This document shows, piece by piece, positions 1-12,044 of a stretch of 64,000 nt of DNA. This DNA is from Mobula birostris (lineage: Eukaryota): contig NC_092377.1 of the NCBI RefSeq assembly GCF_030028105.1, positions 53,756,952 to 53,820,951 of the forward strand. Direction: 5' to 3'. The translations under genes and the position numbers were made by a program. Position 1 is the stretch's first letter, and each line of letters begins with the position of its first letter. The notes beneath the pieces were generated by a model. The model saw only the letters and a list, made by a program, of their open reading frames with translations, was not told the DNA's origin and did not search any database.

Positions 1-482
1 AGTGCAGAAGAGATTTACAAGGATGTTGCCTGGATTGGAGAGCATGCCTTATGAGAATAGGCTGAGTGAACGTGGCCTCTTCTCCTTGGAACGACGGAGG
101 ATGAGAGGTAACCTGATAGAGGTGTATATGATGATGAGGGGCATTAATTGTGTGGAAAGCCAGAGGTTTTATCCCAGGGCTGAAATAACTAAAATAAGGG
201 GGCATTGTTTTAAAACACTTGGAAGTATGCACAAGGGGGATGACAGAGATAAGTTTTTCACACAGAGAATGGTGGGTGTGTGGAATGCACTGCTGGTGAC
301 GGTGGTAGAAGCGGATACAATAGGGTCTTTTAAGAGATTCTTAGATAGGTACAAGGAGTTTAGAAAAATAGAGGGCTATGTGGTAGGGAAATTCTAGGCA
401 GTTTCTAGAGTAGGTTACATGGTCAGCACAACATTGTGGGCTGAAAGCCCTGTAATGTGCTTTAGATTTCTATGTTCTATGT
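1..482 (+). mobile_element. CR1 LINE 3' end
   Basis: ORF2 C-terminus QKRFTRMLPGL..FSLERRRMRG..FFTQRMVGVWNAL, short 3' UTR ending in a (TTCTATG)n tail. Confidence 0.9.
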
Positions 483-2140
483 ATTTAATATTTCAGTAAT
501 TTTAAAAATAATGTAAATATATTGTTTGAATAAACATTCGTGTATGTTTAAATAATTTATTCCAGGTTATATGTAAAAATATGTGAATGGCATTCAGTAT
601 TTCATCATGCCATCGTGTCATACCTGTGCACCTCACTAAAATTAAAAATGCATCCCCTGGCTCCATGTTTCCTCTCAATTAGTTAAAAGTGTAGCACGTG
701 TCTCTTCAGAAAATGAGACAACAATGATCAAGTTAAAAAAAAATGCAGAAAACAGACAAATTCACAGGGTCAAAAAAACAGTGATTACTGAGTGATAATA
801 ATCATAAATTAAAACAGAACACAAGAGTGGCTGGCTCTATCAGAAAGATAGACACATTTAACACATTCAATTGCACAAGAGATAACTGGATATTGTGTAC
901 TAAGCAAATTGAGCAGCATTTTGAAGCAAATAAAATAGCCAATGAAAAGTGAGTCCCAGTTTTGCTGAGTGCATTGGATTTAAAGGCATACAGTTTGCTT
1001 AAAAGGTTAACTGCTCCAGCCACACCAGCCAAAATGAGATTTGCTGATACTGTGAAAGTAAAGCAAGAACATTTAGAACCAACACCCTTGTTGATTGAAG
1101 AACACCTTAGATTTCAAAAGTAGAATCAAAAGGATGGGGAGTCCATTTCAATACATGTGGCTGAATTGAAGAAATTCTCCTAGCATTGTAAGTTCAGTGC
1201 TGGGCTTAATGATGTACTGAGAGACTGCTTAGTTTGTGGAAACTTAGGAGAAACCATTCAAGACAGGCTCCAAACTGAAGCACAATTTGCATTTAAAAGA
1301 GCAGTTGAAATCATTGTATTAAAAGAAACAGCAGACAGAGACACAGCTGAGTTGCAGTCAGGAATGAAAGTAAGCGTGAAAAAAATTGCAATGTCTAAAC
1401 AGAGAGTGGGCTACTCCAACAAATTGTGTTACTGCTTTGGGACAGTCTCACATACACCAGACCAATGCAGATTTAAAGGTAAAACTTGCAGAAAATGCAA
1501 CAAAATATGACACATGTAAAGAGCATATCAGACATACAAAAATAAGTGGTCTTCATGTGGAAGAGAAAAAGATAAAAAGTCAAGTTGCAGTTTCAAAAAG
1601 AGAACTAATCTGCATGTTGGTGAAAAATACGTTGATGATGAAAGTGACACAGGATCTCGTAGCCTTGAGATTTACAATGTGAAAACTAACAATAGACAAG
1701 CAATATGACTTACACCAGGAGTGAATAGCAAATTAAATTAAAGCTGTTGCAGTCATTCCACAAAATGAGTTGGAGTGGCATTTTAAAGATAATGAATTAA
1801 AACCTGCAGATATCCACCTAAGAACTTACACTGGAGAAAAGATAACTCCTGTGGTAATGACACTTGTAACAGTGAAATACAACAACTGACAAGCCACATT
1901 GAGCTTGTATGTGGTAAAAACAGGAGGGCCAGCATTGTCGGGATGTGATTGGCTCAGACAACTCTAACTTGATTGGAGATCCATCTACCATTTGCATGCC
2001 ATATCTCCTACTAGAGTGTTAACTGAAAGCAAATTAATGAAGTTACTGAATGATGGCATTGGAAAACTTAAACATATCAAGGGTAAAATAGTGTTAAATG
2101 AAAATGCCACACACATGTTTTACAAAGCCCATTTGGTTCC

Positions 2141-2380
2141 TTTTTTTAAGGCATCCATTAGTCTCGTGAGACCATGGATTTGCACCTTGGAAGGTTTCCA
2201 GGGCACAGGCCTGGGCAAAGTTGTATGGAAGACCAGCAGTTGCCCATGCTGTAAGTCTCCCCTGTCCACACCACCGATGTTGTCCAAGGGAAGGGCACTA
2301 AGGCCAATACAGCTTGGCACCGGTGTTGTTGCAGAGCAATGTGTGGTTAAGTGCCCTGCTCAAGGATACAACACGATGCC
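2141..2380 (-). mobile_element. 5'-truncated CORE-type SINE inserted in Gypsy RT
   Basis: Minus strand reads GTATCCTTGAGCAGGGCACTTAACCACACATTGCTCT, shared with the SINEs at 14983 and 16592. Ends in an A-tail and interrupts the Gypsy LVP|YT codons. Confidence 0.7.
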
Positions 2381-2482
2381 TTATACCAATCATAATAAAG
2401 TAGCCAGTAGGTTAGATCATATGGAGACTGAAGAAGTTCTTTCCAAGGTTGACTGGATAGTTTTAAAAATGATTAGAAGATT

Positions 2483-5317
2483 TACTAGGCAGGGTTGCCC
2501 TCTTAGTCCATTATTATTCGATATTGCCCTGGAACCTTTAGCTATTGCTATTTGTGACTCACCTAATGTACTTGGCATTACCCGCGGGAATGAGACACAC
2601 AAATTATCACTATATGCAGATGATTTATTATTATATATCTCTAACCCTGAGAAATCCATTCCGGCAGTTTTAGCTCTGCTTGTTCAGTTTAGTAACTTGT
2701 CTGATTACAAATTGAATCTTAGTAAGAGTGAACTCTTCCCATTAAATATGCAGGTTCCCATTAATAGACGTTCACCGTTCAGATTGCTTACTGACTATTT
2801 AACTTATCTGGGTGTTAAAATTACTAAGAAGCATAAGGACTTATTTAAACTCATTTTTTTACCATTAATTAATCAGGTTAAACAATTGTTTACTAAATGG
2901 TCCCCATTGTCTTTATCACTGATGGGCTGAATCAATGCTATTAAAATGATTATTCTACCTAAATTTTTATATCTATTTCAAGCGGTACCAATTTTTATTC
3001 CTAAATCCTTCTTTGATACTGTTAATTTTTAAATTTCCTCTTATATATGGCAGAATAAAAATCCCAGATTAAGTAAAAAATACTTACAGAATTCCAAAAA
3101 AGACGATGGTTTGGCATTGCCGAATTTAAGATTTTATTACTGGGCAATTAATATTTGATATTTAATATTTTAGACACAAGATTGGGATATAATCCCAAAT
3201 CCACAATGGGTAAACCTTGAAGTTACTCTGTACAAAGGTTTTCATTGGTTTCTATATTAGGAACTTCGCTTCCCTTTGTTCTCTCTAAACTGAATAAACT
3301 AATGGTTAATTCAATAGTTAAACATACATTATGAATATGGTTTCAATTTCGTAAATTTTTTGGTTTGAACAAATATATTTTATCAAGCCCTAATACATCT
3401 AATTTTTCTCCAACCCTCTATTATGGATCAAGCCTTTTTGATATGGAAAATAAAGGGTATAATATGTTTTCGTGATTTATTCTTGGATAACAGTTTCATG
3501 TCTTTTGAACAGTTGTCCAATAAATATAATTTGCCCAGATCCCATTTTTTTTTAGATATTTACAAATAAGAAACTTTTTAAATACTACGCTACCTACCTT
3601 TCCGACTTCATACTCAACTGATACCACGGAAAAAATTTTAGGTTTAAATCCTTATCAGAAGGGTTTTATAACAATTATTTATGATATAATTATGAAAATA
3701 CAGCCAGGTATATCTGATAAAATTAAAAATTAATGAGAAAGGGAACTTCAACTTCACTTACCTATAGAGAAATGGGAGAAAATTTTTCAATTAGTTAGCT
3801 CTTCCTCTATATGTGCTAAACATATGTTGATACAATTTAAGGTGGTACATAGGGCTCACATGTCTAAAGATAAATTAGCTCATTTCTACTTCCATATATA
3901 TCCTGTTTGTGACAGATGTCACTCTGAGGTAGCTTCTTTGACTCATGTGTTCTGGTCTTGCCCTCTTTTGGAAAAATTTTGGGAAGATACTTTTAATATT
4001 ATTTTAACTTTTTTTTAAGATTATGAGAACACTCATTCCTCTTTTATTGTCATTTAGAATGCATACATGCATTAAGAAATGATACAATGTTTTTCCGGAG
4101 TGATATCACAGAAAACAGGACAAATCAAAGACTAACACTGACAGAACCACATAATTATAACATATAGTTACAGCAGTGCAAAGCAATACCATAACTTGAT
4201 GAAGAACAAACCATGGGCACGGTAAAAAAAAGTCTTAAAAGTCCCCGAGTCGATCGACTCCTGAGTCCCTGATAGCAGCGGCAAAAGGGACATAAACCTC
4301 CAGGCACCGTCGAAGCATTGGAAGCACCCGACCACAGCCGACACTGAGTCCATCCATCCGAAAACTTCGAGCTTCCAACCAGCCCTTCCGCTACAGCCTC
4401 CCGAGCGCCATCCTCTGCCGAGCGCCTTCGACCTAGCCCCGGCTGCTGAAACAAGCAAAGCTGAGGATTTTGGGGCCTTCTGCTCCGGAGATTCTGGTTA
4501 CCACACAGTAGCAGCAGCAGTGAAGTGGGCATTTCAGAAGTTTTCCAGATGTTCCTCCGTACTCTCACATTCGTCTCCATCAAATCAGAATTGTGCACGG
4601 TCCCCTACTTGACAGATAACAGATATTCATCACCGAAAAGGCCACGCCCGCTGCTGTTGCACCGTCATCTTCTTTGCACATTGATTTACAACCTCACCCT
4701 ATTACTGCAATTTTGGTTTATCAATGATGGAACATAGACCTTTATTCTCTTCAGCTTGTCGCATGATCACATTTGTTGCATTAATGGCTAGAAGATCCAT
4801 CTTATTAAATTGGAAAGAGACCAATCCCCCTACTACATTTCAATGGTTTTCCATTTTAATGTTTAAATTTAGAAAAATTTAGAAGTGTCATTCGGTTAAA
4901 TTTGAAGAGACTTGGAAGCCATTTATTCAACACTTTCATTTGATGTAACTTGACCTTTTCCGAATCCTTTTCATTAATCTAGAGTATATGGATAGAGGAG
5001 TGGAGTTGACGACATTAATGATTGCATTCAATGTAATATATTAGCCCAGCCTTATTTTGTTTTGTTTCGATCAGTTTTTGGTTTTGTTTAGTTTATTTTT
5101 TTTTCTTAGTTTTTTGTTACTTCGGGTTTTTTTTTGTGATTTTTTTTATTTTTCCTTTTATCGTCATTAACTATATTGAGAGTTTGGGAGGTCTGGTATA
5201 CTTGTATTATTTTTAGTTTTACTTGCATATATCTATTACCAATAATGTAATTTCAATCTCTTTGTATTGCTATTGTTACTATGTTAATGAACCAAAAAAT
5301 TAATAAAAAGATTTAAA
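2483..5317 (+). mobile_element. 5'-truncated L1/Tx1-clade LINE with 8-bp TSD
   Basis: RT motifs RQGCPLSPLLF and LYADD, C-terminal CDRC..HVFWSC zinc motif, T-rich 3' UTR, AATAAA and A-rich end. TSD AGAAGATT at 2475-2482 and 5318-5325. Confidence 0.9.
4015..4671 (-). mobile_element. Non-autonomous ~650-bp retroelement, copy 1 (inserted in L1)
   Basis: Colinear with 6038-6685. GC-rich 5' part starting AAGATG, 3' end AAACATTGTATCATTT..AAATGACAATAAA resembling the Rex1 3' ends in this window. Confidence 0.7.
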
Positions 5318-5389
5318 AGAAGATTATGGGTTCAGAGTATGATGTAACAGATGTGAATTCTGTAAAACAAGTACTATTTACTGTGGTCA

Positions 5390-5529
5390 GTTAGTCAGGG
5401 TATCAAGGGATATGGGGAAAAAGCCGGAAATTGGAACTAGATGGGTGAATAGTTTAGCTCATGGGGGAGCTGTGGAGGAGACTTGATGGGCCGAATGGCC
5501 TAATTCTGCTCCTTTGTCTTGTGATCTTG
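5390..5529 (+). mobile_element. Short CR1 3' fragment inserted in Gypsy RT
   Basis: GGTATCAAGGGATATGGGG..GATGGGCCGAATGGCCTAATTCTGCTCC is a typical CR1 3' UTR. It splits Gypsy TGTGGTCA|CACC, with GTCA repeated on both sides. Confidence 0.75.
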
Positions 5530-6037
5530 TCACACCTTTGACGCACAAGGATTGCATGAGTGTGCTGAGAAAATTCAGACACTGGTGGATGCCCCAAGGC
5601 CAAAGGATGTGTCATAGTTATGGTCCTTTTTTAGGATTTGTCAATTACTATAACAGGCTCCAGCCAAGTCTGGCTACTGTGCTCCATCACTTGAACTCAA
5701 TACTAGAGATTGGGAAGAAATGGCAGTGTGAAGTGGCTTTCCAAGAGGCAGAGGAAATGGTGACATTAGACATTGTATTCACACATTTTGATCCACGTCA
5801 GCCAGTGCAGCTTGCCTATGATGGCTTGATTATGATAGAGGTGCAGTCATGGCACATGTCATGATTGATCAAAATTATCTCTACATCATGTTTCCTTACC
5901 GCAGCAGAGAAAAATTATATACAGATTGACAGAGTGGCCTTGGGTCTGGTTTGTGGTGTAAAGTGCTTCAACCAATAGTTGTATGGCAGTGAGTTCAGCC
6001 ACAAGGCACCTTCTCCCATGAAGGTACAGAGGAATTC

Positions 6038-6685
6038 AGATTAGATTAGATAATGAGGACACACAGTCCTCTTTTATTGTCATTTAGTAATGCATACATT
6101 AAGAATTGATACAATGTTCCTCCAGAATGATATCACAGAAACACACAACAAACCAAGACTGAAAAACTGACAAAAAGCACATAATTATAACATATAGTAA
6201 CAACAGTGAAAGCAATACCACAATTTGATAAAGACCAGACCATGGGCACGGTAAAAACATGTCTCAAAGTCTCTCGAAACTCCTATCATCTCACGCAAAC
6301 AGTAGAAGGAAGAAAAACTCTCCCTGCCATGAGCTTCCAGCGCCGCAAACTTGCCGATGCAGCACCCTGGAAGCACCCGATCACAGCCGACTCTTGAGTC
6401 TGTTCGAAAACTTTAAGCCTCCGACCTGCCCTCTGACAGCGCTTCAACCCCGGCCCCGGCAACAAGCAATAGGCAAAGCCGAGGATTTGGGACCTTCCCC
6501 TCCAGAGATTCTCGATTGCACAGTAGCGGCGGCAGCAAAGTGGGCATTTCAGAAGTTTCTCCAGATGTTCCTCTGTGCTTCTCACGGCTGTCTCCATCAA
6601 ATCAGGATTGTGCACAGTACCTACTTCACAAATACAATATCATTTTGGGGCGACCTTGCGTACTGCATCGCGCCACCATCTTCTC
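6038..6685 (-). mobile_element. Non-autonomous ~650-bp retroelement, copy 2
   Basis: Homologous to 4015-4671, with a (TCTAA)n-type tail on the minus strand. Confidence 0.7.
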
Positions 6686-7637
6686 CTCCCCTCCTACTGA
6701 CAAATAGGAGGGATGGTTAAAATTTTGTGGAATCTGGTAATTAAAAGCACATGGGTTGGCACATCACTGCACTCAGAACTTCAGTGGTTAGCTATCAGGG
6801 GTGTTTGTCAAGATCTTCATGAACGGATTCATGATGGAGAGTGCTAGTTGCAACTCACAAACTTGAGAGGGAGATATCCCATGGTGTCAATTTTGAACTT
6901 AACATTGATGTATACAAAATGGGTTTCCAGAACTGGAATGGGAATTGTTGAAGCAAGTCTCATTTACGCTATGACAAAAGAGACTTCACAGGTTGTGAAA
7001 TTCTGCTTCTGTGTTTTGGTCATGTGCCATCTACAGGCCACACAAGCATGCATGGATAATTATGGAACTGGCATTCAGGTATACATGTAAATGGTTGGAT
7101 GACAATAAACTTGAACTTGAATCTGTTGGTTGCCAGAGACAAGTTCAGGCATTTTTTTGCATCTGCATTCCATCAGGCTGAGAAAAGAAATATACTAACT
7201 TCCTACAGTCTAATACAGAGGCATACACTCTAGTAGCAAGTGACCATTTTGGTCACTTTTCCTGCGATCACAAGACCCCTTTGTGCATTATTAATTTGGA
7301 GTGAGGCAAGTCCGATTTCCTGATTTACTGGCGGTGAGCAGGAGTGGGTGGTGGGGGAGCTGTGTGCCCTTGGTTACAGCAAGGACTAGACCTCAAGCCA
7401 TGGTGTTGTCGATTGCGTGGTTGTGTCGCTACCTTGCATGTGCAAGGACTAGACCTCAAGCCACAGTGTTGCCTCTTTACAGCTGCCAGGGGATAGGTCT
7501 CGGAGCTGATGCACTCCACCAGTGGGGGGGGGGGGGGGGGTTGTGGTGCTGCACCCAGGCTGGCCTCGGTGCTCCATGCCAGTAATGGTTTGAAATCGTG
7601 CTCCCATTAGAATTATATCATTTCATGCACTTAACAT

Positions 7638-7950
7638 GTGGTGGGGTGGAAATATGTCTCTACCAAAGGAAGTGTAAGGTGCTCCTTCCACTTCCTGCAG
7701 GTCACCCTTGGGCAAGGTGTAGTGCCTGATCAGACGCACATGAAGCCACGGGAGCAGGTGGTGGATGGCCATATGAGCAGCTGGTGCATATTACATAAGT
7801 GACTACTGATACCAGACAGATAATCTCTGAAGAGTATTGATAATGGCTGGGGACAGCTGTCTTGCAAAGTCACTGCCCAGAAGAAGGCAGTGGCAAACCA
7901 CTTCTTTGGAAAAAATTTGCAAAGAACAATTATGGTCATGGAACTATTGC
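7638..7950 (+). mobile_element. RTE-like non-autonomous element
   Basis: 3' part GAAGAAGGCAGTGGCAAACCACTTC..AAAATTTGCAAAGAACAATTATGGTCATGG resembles RTE/BovB-derived sequences. No ORF. Confidence 0.5.
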
Positions 7951-8754
7951 TCGCTATTGTTCAGCTGGAAGATATGCATTAGAGGCTGAGGATCACCAAT
8001 ACAGTGTAGCGTACATATGTACAAAATTGAAGAAGGAATAGATTTTATCTCTCAGCTGTGTTCAAATTTACTTATGAGTTTCAAGCTGCTTCAATATTTG
8101 TACCTCAATTGCTTGAGCTATTTGCCCTCACGCTTATGCAATGATTTTAAAATAACAAAAGATTTATAAGAAATGATCCAAGAGGGTCTGTGACCAAGTG
8201 TCATGGTTGCCAATAAAAAATGACAAAGAGAATAGTTTTACAAAATATTATATTGGTTTGAAAAACTCAGAATGACTGCTAACGGTACAAAAAACAGAAG
8301 TGTACTCATACACTGAACTTTTAATGTAAGCACTAATCATCACATTGCAAGAATGAAAATCTGTCTTGAAAATTAGCCCAGAAAATATGCTGCGCATCAT
8401 TGCAAAAAATGCTTGATCATCAGCAGTGAAATTACTTTTTTTATATTGTAATAGAATTCTGTTCATATTTATAGATAATTTGGTAGTCCGGTTAGCAATA
8501 TTCTTTCTCTGAGAGCAGCAATCATGCCAAAGTAAAAACCTCTCTACTATGTATTATTGTCTTGCTAAAGTAGTCATTGCAGTATCATATAATGATAGTA
8601 TTGTTATTGCAGAATGACAATGCAATAGTCTGCGCCCTCATCCACCCTCACCCAAGCAACCCTCATCATTCCATCCTCCTCTCGTACATCTCTTACGCAC
8701 AGACTAATGTGTGTGTCCACAAAGGGACAGCAAGAAGCAGTTTGCCTTCATAAT

Positions 8755-9080
8755 GGCAGCACCATGGTGCAGCACTTAGAGTAGGTACCTCATGGCTCTG
8801 GTGTACCAGATGGTGTTTTCATGTTTGAGTGGAGTTTCCATTTACTCCCTGTGATTGGATGGATTTCCTCTGGATGCTCCAGTCTTCTTCTGTATCCCAA
8901 AAACATGCAGGTCAGTAGGCTAAAGGCTGCTGTAAGGTGCCCAAAGATGGAAATGTGGGAGTCAGATTTCCATCGAGTGAGTCACAGGAGAATAAGGTGA
9001 ACAGAAAGGGGCTCATGATCATGATATACCTGGAACCGACAGGGACTTGATAGGCCAAATGATCACCATTCTGCAGTTTA
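8755..9080 (+). mobile_element. Decayed V-SINE (HE1-like)
   Basis: V-domain-like GTGGAGTTTCCATTTACTCCCTGTG..GGATTTCCTCTGGATGCTCCAGT..CCCAAAAACATGCAGG. Confidence 0.6.
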
Positions 9081-9237
9081 ACAAATAGCATTAAATCTAT
9101 TTGTGCCTGCAGGCAGGATATAGGTATCTTACGTGATGTAGTTCATAAAAATATTTTCATCTCAATGCTTCACATCTGTTTCAAGCTGCCACAGTCAGTC
9201 ATACAGAACAGAAGAAAAGCCCTTCAGGATGTTTGAA

Positions 9238-9425
9238 CACCCACATCCCAAAGAAATGTGGATTAATTGGGTGCTGTAAATTGCTGCCTGTGGGTGAGAG
9301 GCAGGAATTTGAAAGAGTTGATAGGAACGTGGGGAGAATAGAATGGGATTTGTGTCAGATTATGCACTAGAGTGGCTGATGGTCAGTACAGTCAAAGAAC
9401 ATGTTCCTACGCTTTATGACTATAG
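9238..9425 (+). mobile_element. V-SINE 3' fragment
   Basis: CCCACATCCCAAAG..TTAATTGG..TGTAAATTG followed by a CR1-like tail. Confidence 0.45.
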
Positions 9426-10475
9426 AGCAACATACTGTAATAAGAAATGCTGGGCAGATTAAATTCTCTCAGGTGCTGTTTGTTATTTTAGGACCTCACA
9501 CTGCAGTGAGAATTAACAGCACAGCATTTCAGTATTTCAATTTTACTTTTGTGTTCTGTTGGCTTTATTTAAAACATAGAATTCTTTCCTCATTGAGAAG
9601 AGAATTCATCTTCCCTCAATTTATAGTCAACAATTTACAACTCAGTCGCACACAACCTTTATTGCATCTCGATAATCAGGAGAAAGAAGAACAAATTGAA
9701 AGAAACATCAACCCTGTGGGTTATACATAAGAGTTACCAGATTTCTTTGGAGGAACTTTGATTTCTTGATTGCCAAGAGCATCAATAGTCCATTGTAATC
9801 CATAGCATAAACGTTAGTAATTATAGATACCTGTTTCATATATTTATTTCTAGCTCCACAAAATTGTGAATTAAGGATTCTTCTTTGTATCTGATGAAGG
9901 CTTACATTCCCAACAAATATTATTTATCGCTTCAATTTAATTTCAATAAGATTAAGATCACTTAGTGGATCCAAATCTGTCACTTTTTCTCTGAATTAGC
10001 TGGACTGTAAATCATTGGCAGTATATTTCAATCTATTTCATAGTTTCCATAGCACTGAATGAAATTTGACCCCAAAGAAAGAAATAACAACTATTAAAAA
10101 AATTGAAGCCAGTTTGCATTGAGTGGCCTGCTTGAAGTTAGTTTACACTGAATTACTATCATAATTAACATGGAGCTGTCTACAGGGCCCAATCAATTCA
10201 CTGATGTTCCACGTGAATCTCTTACCATCTTTCCTCATTTAACTCTAATTTTCATTGCTCCATTGCAACAACAGGGACAATTTCATGCAAAAAAAAATAG
10301 ATAAAAGGCAGCTTCGGGCAGTTGATTAAACATTTGATCAAAGATCCAAGCATAATGCCGCATTACGTGGATAAGCATTGACGAAGAGATGTCAGAGCTT
10401 GTGGCAAAGGAGGCTGAAGGCATAAGAGTTTAGAAGAAAGAGTAGGGGAAATGTAAACTTCTTGAACATGAGGAA

Positions 10476-10915
10476 TTACTTACTGCCCATTACGCTGTTG
10501 GCACTTATGGCAGCAATGAAGGTCCTCCATCTCTGGTGATGTTCAGGGCTTCCTTCATCATGTCAGTAAATTCCTTTCAGTTTTTCTCTACTGTCAGTCA
10601 TGCAAGTTCCAAGTGGAGGCTCAGGAATACCATCGCATTCAGATGTAAAAGGATTCTTCATTGCTGTTTCCATAACAATTTTGCTTGATCAGTCAGGATT
10701 GTTAGCCTTGAGCTGAAGCCCTGAACCTGGAGATCTGGTGGACCACTCTTAGTCTGGCCTCTATCCTTTGACCTGTTTGGCACTGGTGACCCTGCCAAGA
10801 GTCAAAGCATGAAACCCTGACTCCAGCCAACATAGCTCTCCAGGTCACTGAGGCATGACGCTCTCAGATACACAAGCCTCCAAACCACAACAGGGTTGTG
10901 GTGCTCTTGAAGGGA
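10476..10915 (-). mobile_element. Bipartite RTE-derived non-autonomous element
   Basis: Minus strand: RTE/Rex3-type 5' UTR (GAGCTATGTTGG..GGCAGGGTCACC..CAAACAGGTCAAAGGATAGAGGCCAGACTAAGA) joined to an RTE-type 3' end (TGGAGGACCTTCATTGCTGCC..AATGGGCAGTAAGTAA). Confidence 0.65.
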
Positions 10916-11767
10916 ATATGAGGGTGAGAAATGTAAATTAAAGATATTGATGGACTAGGAGTCCAGTGATAGACTGGAAGTAATTGGAAGTTTAGACATT
11001 ATTGAATGAGATCAGTTATGGGGGCAACTTAGTGCAGAGATCATGAGAGTACTAGAATTATGAAATTTGGAAAATTAAGATCCTAGATAAAAGTGTATAT
11101 AGACAACAAAATCATGGAAGATACTGTATAAACAAATATAAGATAAACATTCAGCTCAGTTGAAATTGGAGCCAAAGGTTTTGAATATCTAGTTCACTAA
11201 TGATAGTGAATAGACTGGGATAAAAAGAAGCATAAAAAGATAGATTCTGGTATGCCCGAGTGCACAGTTGAAGAGATATTTTTCTCATAGGGGAACAGCA
11301 TTCCAAAAGCACCAGTATCAGATATGTCTAGAGCAGTGGTGGTGAGGTAGATCTAGATGACATCTGTGTACAATTAAAACTGATTTAGTGAACGTGATGG
11401 CTCAAGGGGCAACGTTCTGATGGGAAACATCACGGGGCCACTGACAGATCATGAACAAACACCAGAAGTAATGTTGGAGAAGTGGACTGGCTGTCAATGA
11501 TGCAGACCAGAAACAGATGACAGCAATGCACATTTTAGGGCTCTTGTGAGATTGGTGGATTAATGCCTCTTTTACTTTAAAGTAAGCAAACACATAGAAT
11601 CAGCAGTGCTTTGTTTTTATTTCACAGCAAATGTCATTCCTCCTCTGGATATCAGTCAGTATGACAGTTATAGCAAACTCGCTCCGCAACTCTGCAACTA
11701 AGACAAATGTACATAAAGCATGATGGCACTTTGTTCTCTATACTTAAAAAGTCCTGACAAAAAGTTC

Positions 11768-12042
11768 AAACAAGTGAAAATCTGCAGATGCTGGAAATCT
11801 GAGCAACACATACAAAATGCTTTCCTATCAGATTCCCCCTTCTCCAGCCCTGTATCTCTTTCACCAATCAACTTCCCAGCTCTTTACTTCATCCCTCTCC
11901 TGCTGGTTTCATCTATCACCTTGAGTATCTCTCTCTCCATCTCCCATATTTTAAATTGACTCATCTTTTTTTCTCCAGTGCTGCTGAAGGGTTTTGGCCT
12001 GAAACATTGACTGTACTCTTTTCCATAGATGCTGCCCAGCCT
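11768..12042. mobile_element. Small inverted Penelope-derived remnant with degenerate hammerhead
   Basis: 11768-11820 is a minus-strand PLE tail (AATCTGCAGATGCTGGAAAT). 11821-12042 is a plus-strand PLE 3' repeat containing CTGCTGAAGGGTTTTGGCCTGAAACATTGACTG. Confidence 0.65.
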
Positions 12043-12044
12043 TA

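Larger units (their letters stand above)
825..6000 (+). mobile_element. Decayed Gypsy LTR-retrotransposon internal region (gag-pol), split by nested insertions
   Basis: Gag-like KAYSLLKRLTAP at ~985-1020, twin Zn knuckles (CYCFGTVSHTPDQC..CRKCNK) at ~1425-1520, RT start (VP/YT..KV..LSKVDW), RT end (FLGFVNYYNR) and RNase H remnant at 5530-5995. Many stops and frameshifts. Confidence 0.85.

Noticed and set aside
483-820. 5' LTR and primer-binding site of the Gypsy remnant
   Set aside because: The position is plausible, but no clear TG..CA boundary, PBS or partner LTR could be identified.
4155-4598. 147-aa ORF (and the 153-aa ORF at 6259-6720) as novel genes
   Set aside because: They lie in a GC-rich repeat, have no recognisable domain, and their translations agree only in short patches between the two copies.
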